In this document: piece after piece, positions 53,684 to 64,000 of the stretch
Layout: each line of letters opens with the position of its first letter
Numbering within the stretch: the first letter of the stretch is position 1
Source of the DNA: Octopus vulgaris
Taxonomy: Eukaryota
NCBI GenBank assembly: GCA_951406725.2
Contig: OX597818.1
Location: forward strand, 117,242,001-117,306,000
Length of the DNA stretch: 64,000 nt
Direction of reading: 5' to 3'
Translations under genes and position numbers: made by a program
The notes under the pieces: model-generated
What the model was told of the DNA's origin: nothing
Database searches by the model: none
The model's input: the letters and a program-made list of their open reading frames with translations, nothing else

Positions 53684-54522
53684 GTAATAATAATAATAAT
53701 AATAGTAATAATAATAATTATGATAATAATAGTAATATTAATGATGATCATAATGATAATGAAATGATAATAATAATGATAATGAGGGTAAAAATAAAAT
53801 AATAATAATAGTAATAATAATAATGATATAATAATAATATAATTTTTATTTTCAAATTTTTGTTGGCGGAATAAAATATCCCTAAACAGAAATGTACTCA
53901 GGTTAAAGTTTAATAAAATGAAATATCTATAATGGTTGGTTTGAAGTCACACAAAATCCATGTTTGTAGGTGAAACTGGGCCAAAAATTAAAATAATCAA
54001 ACAGCTAGTTTTACCGGTGTTACATTAACTTCGACTTACACAATATACACATCATATACAATGGGTTACATCGCAGATAAAACAAAAATATATTTGCAAT
54101 ATGGTAGGAGTTTTATGATCAATTAACAGAAACAAAGAAATATGAAAAATAAATCCATTATTAACAACGAATAACGAAATATTCATACATCAGTAGCACA
54201 TAAAATTGAGCTTGCCAATACAATAAAATATGTCAAATTAATTGAAGTTTAAAATAAAGGAATAATAAGTATGACATCACACAAAAGCCGAAAAATATAT
54301 ATAATAATTATCATAAAACTTGAAAACAAATAAAAATTGACGCTATCTAATTTTTTTTTTTTGCCAAAGGGTAAATATATATGTTTATTCAGGATATTTA
54401 CAGGTACTCATTGTTGTCCACTCAGAAGTCTTTATTTTTTTCTTGTTGTAGTTACTGCTGAAGTTGTTGAAGTAGTTTGCATGTTTTGAAATGTTTTGCG
54501 TCGTTAATAGATGTGAATGTTT

Positions 54523-54564
<42 letters not shown>

Positions 54565-54636
54565 TATGCATGTATATATATACTCACATACATGCATATA
54601 TACGTATATATATATGTGTGTGTAAATATATCTATA

Positions 54637-54672
<36 letters not shown>

Positions 54673-54745
54673 CACATAGATATTCACATAAATATTTATA
54701 GAAATATATGTATATATATCTGTATATATGTATATATATATATAA

Positions 54746-54786
<41 letters not shown>

Positions 54787-54842
54787 TATATATCAATATG
54801 TATGTATATATATAAGTATATATCGATATGTATGTATATATG

Positions 54843-54898
<56 letters not shown>

Positions 54899-55643
54899 CA
54901 TATATATATATATATATATGTGTGTGTTATACATATATATATATATATTGTATATGTTATCGGTTGAAATGATTATTGATTAATAAATGTATATTAAAAA
55001 AAGAAAATCGTTCCCAGACGTAACAAATCTAGTTGAAGGATTCTTCATATCACAGAAAGTATTGTACGTATGGGTGAATGCACAAACAGTTCTATATGCA
55101 TGCACCTATAACAATAAAATTAGTGCGCATATATATATATATCTAGATACAAATCGCAGTACATGCTAAATTGGTGTATTATCTAAATCTATTGTGGAAA
55201 GAACGTTTCCGTTTATTACCAGGCACATCTATTCATATATTTACACAACAACATACACATATGCACACACATAAATCTGTATTTACGTATCTGTGAATAT
55301 GTATATCAACACACATACAGACGAATATATACATATATACATACATACGTACAATCACACACACACATATATATGTGCTCATATATACGCATACATGAGC
55401 ACATATTTTTATAAGCTTGCATACATCATATGGTTATATATATATATATATATATATATACAGATACACACATATATATATATATATGCATACATTCATA
55501 TATTTATATTTACAAATATATGTAAATATAATTGTATGCATATACATACGAACTCACAGACACACATACCGTGTGTCCATGTTCGTTTATTCATTATATA
55601 TTCAACCCTCATATACACCTATGCCACTCTCTCTGTCTCTCTC

Positions 55644-55688
<45 letters not shown>

Positions 55689-56851
55689 GGGCATATTAAT
55701 GAAGGAAATATACACAGCAAAATAAAAAAAAAGTTTCTATTAAATTGTGTTGGTCTTGGTTGTGTTTTCTCCGCTTAAAAGATTTTTTTCATGTAAAAGA
55801 ACAGTGGTAGGCAAAAAGGGAAAGAAAATTTAAGTTAATTCCATTAAGTCATCTTGTTAGGATAGCTTAACTTAATCTACGACAATTCTCTCGCTTTTTC
55901 TATAGGATATGGCTATGATTGTATTGCTTGATTTTTCTCCTTCCATTTGGACCTGTCTGATTGTTTCATATCGCTTCTACATAAACCCAGGCAATTTATT
56001 TTAATATTTTTCATATGTATAATCACGATATCGTGAAAACACTCGACTACTTATATTTTCCTTTCATAATTGCAATATCATTCTAGAATAATTACTTCTC
56101 TACCGGAGCACCAACTGCAATCATATCTCCTTACTTAAATATCATATTTTAAACCTCAATTTTCATCGGATGTTATCCTATTATATCGTGTAATCAAAGT
56201 TATTCCCCATATTTTCTTTATTCGTTACCAAATCTAATACCATATTCTACATGATTAAGACCACCAACAACACCGCCAACAATAACACCGCCACCGTCAC
56301 CGCAGCCACAACCGTTATGATTATCGTTGTCATCGTCGTCGTTGTAATGATCATCATCATTGTCATCATTATCTATATAAGCATAACAATTATCCTCCTC
56401 GTCATCATCGCCGTTATATTGTCTCCTATAAAACTCTCTGCCACTCCTGTAGCTCTTTCTGTCAACATTTACACCATCGTCGTCATCATCGGACGCTAAT
56501 ATGGCCGTCGTCATCGACGTCAAAGATGTCCATGTCGTCGTCATCTTGAAAATCCTCTTCTATCGCTCTAAACATTACTACAACCATCAGCAACATTACC
56601 AACACTCATCAACATCACCCATCACTACCGTTATTGCCCTCCCCTTCCATCCGCAAAATCACCACCACCAACATCAATACTACCACCACTGTCACCATGC
56701 TCTTCCTACTCCACCTCCTCATTCTTATTTTTATATAACAGCGTTTTTTTTCACCGTTTTCAACATGCCTCTGTTTCTATACACTATGTTCCGCAGATCC
56801 TGTCGTCTCTCATTGTCATTCTTCCCCATAGTCCGCTTTGCCGCTTCTAAA

Positions 56852-57085
56852 TCTATTTCTTTACTACCCACAAGGGGCTAAACACAGAGGAGATAAACAA
56901 GGACAGACAAACGGATTAAGTCGATTACATCGACCCCAGTGCACAACTGGTACTTAATTTATCGACCCCGAAAGGATGAAAGGCAAAGTTGACCTCGGCG
57001 GAATTTGAACTCAGAACGTAACGGCAGACGAAATATGGCTACGCATTTCGCCCGGCGTGCTAACGTTTCTGCCAGCTCGCCGCCT
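56852..57085 (-). mobile_element. Young full-length SINE family B copy, candidate TSD taaatct
   Basis: Close to the window consensus; taaatct on both sides. Confidence 0.92.
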
Positions 57086-59039
57086 AAATCTGTCAGGTTT
57101 AGCCTCAGAAACAAAACCGCCTCTAACACTAGTAAAAATTATATTAATCAAGACTATCTCCCCACTCTCGCTCTCTCTTCTCCCCAGCACAACCGTCAAC
57201 ATTGCAATCAACAGCCCTATTATCATTATTATATCAATTATCATTCTAAAACTTATTATCTTAGCTTCATTATCATCTAAGTTAATATCCTCCAAACAAC
57301 AGCGCGCATCATCACATTCATCGTCGTCAACGCAATCATATTATGATAATCATGATCATCATCATCATCATTATAATCAATAACATCGTGGTCACCATCC
57401 TCCTCCTATTGCTACTCTTCCTCCTCCTCTCCTTCACCACCCTCATTTTCATAATCATCATTCCCATCATTACCATCCCCTTCTCAGCACCCGATTTTGC
57501 CATCACAACATTTCTTTTACTAATCAAGTGTGCCCATCTTAAAAATGCCATTAGCATCACGCACTCCCTCCTCCACCACTCCTCCTCCTTTTCTTTCTCT
57601 TAATCATGATCATGAACATCAATTCCACAATCATGATGACCATTATCGCTGTAATCACGATTATTACAGAAATTATTTAAATGCGTATTAAGTGTCCTTC
57701 AGCTCAAATAATCAACGAGGCAATTAAACATATTCATATCGTAAAGAAGACACCGCTCTGGGTTACTTTTTTTCCATTTACTTTTATCTTTTTTCACTTT
57801 GGCCAAACTCTTTTTCTACATTATAACCTCTAAAGCTCATGGAACTCTAAGAAACATACCTTGTCCACGTGTATATACTATATTATTGATATTACTTATA
57901 TCTCACCACATACTACCATGCATAAATTATATAGTTCTGTAGCTCATTCAAATACATTGGTCTGACATTTTGTGTTTGAATGTTTGTTGTAAGTATTACA
58001 TAAAATTATATATCTTTTTTTCAATGTTTCATTTTAAACATTTGAAATTTTTATCTTACATTGAGTGATGTGAAATCCTCTTCCAATTATACTTTTAAAA
58101 TTCCAACAATTTTGAGATTTATTAATGCTAATCGCATTTGTAAAAATAAAACAAATGTAAATCTGTTGAAATATATTTCAACGTCGTCATTATCACACAT
58201 TAATATTTAATTTTTTTTTTAAATTTTCGCTTCAACATTTATTATTGTTTTGTTTATATTCCATTTTAAGGGATATTGATATTTTACATTTAAAGATGCG
58301 TGTTGAGAACCAACAAAAATATGTAAAATTCTAGAGGTTTTTTTAAAGGAAATCGCAATAGTTATATTTCCCCAAACACTGACGTGACTTTTCTATTCTC
58401 GTTTGTTCTACAGTGTTACTTTTCTGTTTAATATTTACCGAATACATTACAATCATCATAACCTATATGTGAATTCGTCAGTATGATGATAATACTGTCA
58501 TTGGCGTACTTCCATGGGGGCCAATTACTTCTCATTCTTCTGCACGTTATTATTAAGATATTATATATATTTTTATACATGAGTAAAAGCTTATACGAGG
58601 TATCCTGAGATTAAGTTGGAGAAACAATACAAGCGTCCAATTGTTCATCAATGCAAACGTGCTTATATGTGTGTACATACAAACATGCATAAATACTATA
58701 TATGTATGCAAATATATATATATGTGTGTGTGTATTTATATACATGTGTATATAAACAAATTTATAAATTTATATATCTTTATATATGTGAATATATATA
58801 CATGCGTATACATATATGCATCTATATATATGTGTGTGTATAGATAGATATTCTAGATATACATACTGAGAGGCACACATGCACACTTACACATACATAC
58901 GTACATAATATATATATATGTGTGTGTGTGTGTATGATCAGGGCCGATTGATAGATTGATCGATGGAGGTGTAGATGTCTAAAAGAAATTCTACATGGGG
59001 ATACTTTGTCTAAAGAAAGGAATATATTAGTAGTTATTC

Positions 59040-59073
<34 letters not shown>

Positions 59074-61369
59074 GAAAGTGTATGTCAATGCACGTGTAAC
59101 AGACACACGTTTGTGTGTGTGTGTGTGTGTGGATGTCTGGGTGTTAATATATGCATTTATACGCACACACACATATATATATGTGTATTTATACATATAC
59201 ATATATATATGTATGTATATGCATGTATATATCTGTATATGTGTACGCATATATTTATTCATATTGTAAATGCATTGTATTATGGCTGATACGTAGCTGT
59301 ATAAATATATAGAGATGGGGAGAGAAAGAGAGAGGGAGAGAGAGAGAGCTGAGTCTTTAACTCAGCAATAATGGTCTAAGTATATTATTGATGGATGTAG
59401 AGATTAAAACTGTCTTTATCCAAATTACACATTTATGGCTATAATTAGTGACCACGAAATTCTTATGTAATATTTACCCCTTGAATTTCTTATTTTTTCT
59501 GTCCCTTCTGATTTTTCTGTGTAACCAAAGGGGGGCATAATTATGTTCTTCATTGGAACATTACAATAAGGCATATTATGATTTAGCAATATTGCGTCAA
59601 TGTAAATTTTATGCTTATTTTATTCTATTCTAAACACTTTCTCCCAGTAGGGCATATACATATGACCATTTGATTTGGTTTCTCGAATTGTCTTTTTGCT
59701 GAATAATTATGTTTATTTTGTATGTAATTTAAATCATATATATATATATTGTTGTTGTTATTTATCACTTTAATTATATTTGTCATTAAATTATTTTTGC
59801 AAATCACTATAATTACATTTTCATTTTGTTTGCAATCAGATACATGTCACAGGTCAGCTGACCTGGGTAACATATTTTCATTATATCTTTCTTACCGGCC
59901 TTCGGTAAAACTGGCCATTGCTTGCTAATAAATTGCAGAACACATACATATAAACAGATAGATAGATGAACAGATAGATCAATAGAAAGATACATAAAGA
60001 GAGAGAGAGAGAGAGAGAGAGAGGGCAGAGGATGTAGGTATCCCTGTCTCATCTAGTTCACCCCATGTATTATTTCGTTACCAAGCCAATTAGTAATTTC
60101 ATTGGTTTAAAACGGCTTTTAAGAAACAAATTTAAATTGTTAAAATTGGCAGTCGCCCATCTATGTTGGATATTTATTTTTATTATTTTTTTTCTAATTT
60201 GAATCATAAATACGAGAAAAAATAACAGAAAATATTAAATATATTTGAATGCATATAGTTATACAAAAAAAATATATATGTAGTATACATGAAATAATTA
60301 TGAATGAAGAATTAATTATGGAATATGATAATTAGCATAGAAGGTAATAACTAACATCAATAATTTAGGAATCTTTCAAGCACCGAATAGGAAATTTTGA
60401 CAAATATATCTTTAGATATTTGTAAGAATTCGAACAGGTACAATAAAAAGAATAAGCGGAAAATCAAAAGGAATTCAAAGAAGTACGTAATGGAAAGATT
60501 AATTTTGAAAGTAAAGCGCTAAACAAAAAACAAAAAAAAAAAAAAAGATTTGTACAATGAAGTACATTTGTACCAAAACAAAATCTGTTAAATCGTATAA
60601 TGAAACATTTCAAAAGTAACATACGCTTACATACACAGATAGGCATATGCCTGTATCTACAATTATTCGCACGCACATAATTACATACATACAAATATAC
60701 ATATATACACACATATATACATACATGAAGGTATTCCTTCAATATTTAATTACTCCAATATTATTTACATTATCGCTGAAAGTAAATAACATTTCACTAT
60801 GACATCCTTTGCTCTCTCTCTCTCAAACTCTCTCTGTCTCTTTCCGTTTCTCTCTCTCTCTCTCTCGCTTTCTTTCTTACCCTCAGAATAGACTTCGTTC
60901 ACAAATACATCTTCACTACTTCTAACATAATTTTTACAAATGCTCAGATCACATATGAAACAGAAGAAGAGCGTAAAATTGCAGAAATGCAATGGTTGTA
61001 TAGATTGCATTTTAATTTTAAATTATTTTCTAGACTTCCTGTTTTTGCGAATATCACTTTAATACAAATAGCCAAAGAGCTGGGCAAAGTCATAGAGAAA
61101 CATATTGATGTCACCCCTAAAATTGCACGTTGTGAATGTATAAATGTATTGTATCAGGAATATAATGGAAATACATATTACGTAATAATATGGAAAGACT
61201 ACAAAGAGATACATTAAGTAAGATTTATGCCCGATTGTTAGATGCAAAAATTACCTGCAGTCCTGTATTATGGTATGATGGCGTTTGAAATATGCATATG
61301 TTCATTCTCGTCGAAAGACCAGAATTGAAGAGGGGTGACTTTGCCGATCATGCGCGCAAGCACATTATT

Positions 61370-61413
<44 letters not shown>

Positions 61414-61466
61414 AGAGAGAGGGGAGAGAGGTACACAGAGAGAAATAGAGTGAAAGATAGACAAAC

Positions 61467-61500
<34 letters not shown>

Positions 61501-62018
61501 ATTTGTGTGTATGTATGTATACATATATATGAGTATACATGCTTATATATCGGTGTGTGTTTGTGTTTATGTATGTCTGTGTGTACATAGGAGCGTTTGG
61601 CATTAGAAACAAGACGAGATTGCTCGATACATGTCGTAGATAATTTTTCACATCATTTAATTGAAGATGAGGATTTCACCATCGCAACTCTGGCGTTTCA
61701 CAGTTGCCATACTTACAGCCACTGAATCACAGAAGCTTCGATATAAGTTTAAATGAATGTATAAAGTATATAAGTATATCTGATTATGTATTGTGCGTGC
61801 AAGGACGTGTGTGCGTGTTTACGTGTGTGCGTCAGTTGCATGTAGCTCAGGGATTTAAATTTTGCTATTGAAATAATTACTTACATGGGTTTGAAGCATT
61901 TTAGTTACAATAAAATTAATAGTTACCCTTTATTGAGAGAGATAAGATTAAACTTTAGAAAGGTTCCTTCAAGAATATGCCAAAAAACTTCACATGCATC
62001 TACATGGCTAGTGTGTGC

Positions 62019-62019
<1 letters not shown>

Positions 62020-62071
<52 letters not shown>

Positions 62072-62297
62072 GTATACATATATATAGACACACACACATA
62101 TACATATATATATAAACATAGCTGGATATATGCATAACATATGTATAGGTATATATATAAAGTTATATACGCACACATGGGTTTATATGAGTGTATATCT
62201 ATGTAAATATACGTATACATATATACATAGATATATATGCATATGGATGCAACTCTAAAAAGTATTTCCATATACTTCTAATATATATTTATATGTA

Positions 62298-62330
<33 letters not shown>

Positions 62331-62401
62331 CTATATATATAAATATATACATGTATATATGTATAAATATATACATTTTATATATGTATATATATATATA
62401 T

Positions 62402-62475
<74 letters not shown>

Positions 62476-62678
62476 CTTTGCGCATCGTTGCATAAGGGTG
62501 AATATATATGTCCTAGTCGAATCTATTGATACCACGACGGCTTTTAGTTTCGTGTATCACCAAAAGCCTGGAATATCAGACAATAAAAACAACATTTATT
62601 TACATTTGTATTTTTTGTGTGTATACACACAAGCAAATACATGCACACATAAATACGCACACACTCACATATGTACAT

Positions 62679-62746
<68 letters not shown>

Positions 62747-62853
62747 TTATACATGCCTATTATATTCATTTACATATAAAATTAAACTTATATGTACATA
62801 TGTTAGGATATGTATACTTATGTATACAGGGATATAAGACTGAATTTATAAGT

Positions 62854-62899
<46 letters not shown>

Positions 62900-62905
62900 T
62901 TACAC

Positions 62906-62945
<40 letters not shown>

Positions 62946-63009
62946 TTACACATATGTATAGATACATGCTCACACATTTATATATTTACATATATATATA
63001 TATATATAT

Positions 63010-63071
<62 letters not shown>

Positions 63072-63100
63072 GTATATATATGTATTTATATATGTATATG
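62020..63100. repeat. Dense (TA)n/(CA)n microsatellite cluster (similar clusters at 23745-24110, 42320-42680, 43660-44040, 44645-44820, 54527-54950)
   Basis: Direct inspection. Confidence 0.95.
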
Positions 63101-64000
63101 TGTATAGGTTGTTATCTGAGCGTGAATATATGTATTACATGATCGTCTTCAAAATATACTTGCAGCTTTACTGTTTCCTAGAGTTAGTTTATTTTCGTTT
63201 ACACTCCATTAACCTATGCATCTCTGCTCTCTTACACACGTTGCTGCCCATACACATTAACGTATCGTCCATTGTTTTGTTATATGCAATACTGTTACTT
63301 TCAAGTAAGCATTATTGTTTTTAGTTTTTCTTACAATACCAGCTGAGAGCGTTTCAATTGATATATATGTGTATATTTTTGTGTATTTGTTGTGTTCATA
63401 TGTATGTATTTAAATTTCACATATTTTTTTAAAATCTGTCTTTCATTTCATATATTCCCTCCCTCAATTGGCATCCGCGTTCTTTTTTTTTAATTTCTTC
63501 TATTCATCTTATTTAATTTTATTTATTTACATTTTCTCTGTCATTATATATTTTCTTTTCTGTTTTTTTATCAATTGCTTTTGGACACTTTCACTTATCA
63601 GATAAAATAAATTTAAATCGTCGTTTCCTTCATTAAAACATTTATTTATCCGATACATTATATAATAGTAATTAATATTTGTTTAAATAATAATTCGTTG
63701 ATTCACACATCTAATTAGCAGTTGATTTGTTATTATTGTTATTAGTATTTCATTTTATATTTATTTAATTACTTAATTTGATCTTTACTTTATTTCTTAA
63801 TTAAATACTCCCCTAGTTGATATTGTGATTATAATTCAATTTTTATGACTAATATATTTATGTAATGATATTAAATTATTACTTCTTAAAACGGAAGTAA
63901 TTCTCATATCCCACCGATTTAGATTCAAGCATTTATAATAAATATAATAAAGATTAATATCATTACAACCATTCCTTATTATTGTTGTCATTTGTTGTAG

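Larger units (their letters stand above)
52168..53850. repeat. (TAA)n/(GAT)n array region hosting several retroelement stubs
   Basis: Direct inspection. Confidence 0.9.

Noticed and set aside
63980-64000. Window ends in ttgttgtag, like a splice acceptor
   Set aside because: Downstream sequence is not visible and the motif is common in AT-rich DNA

Overview
AT-rich, repeat-dominated animal genomic DNA with no host protein-coding exon that I can support; probably intronic or intergenic. The tRNA-derived SINE families and extreme (TA)n/(CA)n/(TAA)n/(GAA)n density match what I recall of Octopus genomes (inference, not verified by search). Content: an internally deleted hAT (Buster/Charlie-like) end; decayed R4/Dong-like RLE retrotransposons, several sitting in or next to (TAA)n; a Penelope-like element with a GIY-YIG remnant; RTE, CR1 and mariner remnants; and about 25 copies of three SINE families. 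Most supplied ORFs are microsatellite translation artefacts. The most interesting signal is a set of short elements, mostly TA-associated, that fold into minimal type-I hammerhead-ribozyme-like motifs, including one with a U3-A8 compensatory core. These occur alongside recurrent foldback palindromes next to (TA)n and a 750-bp GC-rich segment carrying a hammerhead-like fold and an antisense 172-codon open frame. All alignments and folds were done by eye, and element boundaries are approximate.
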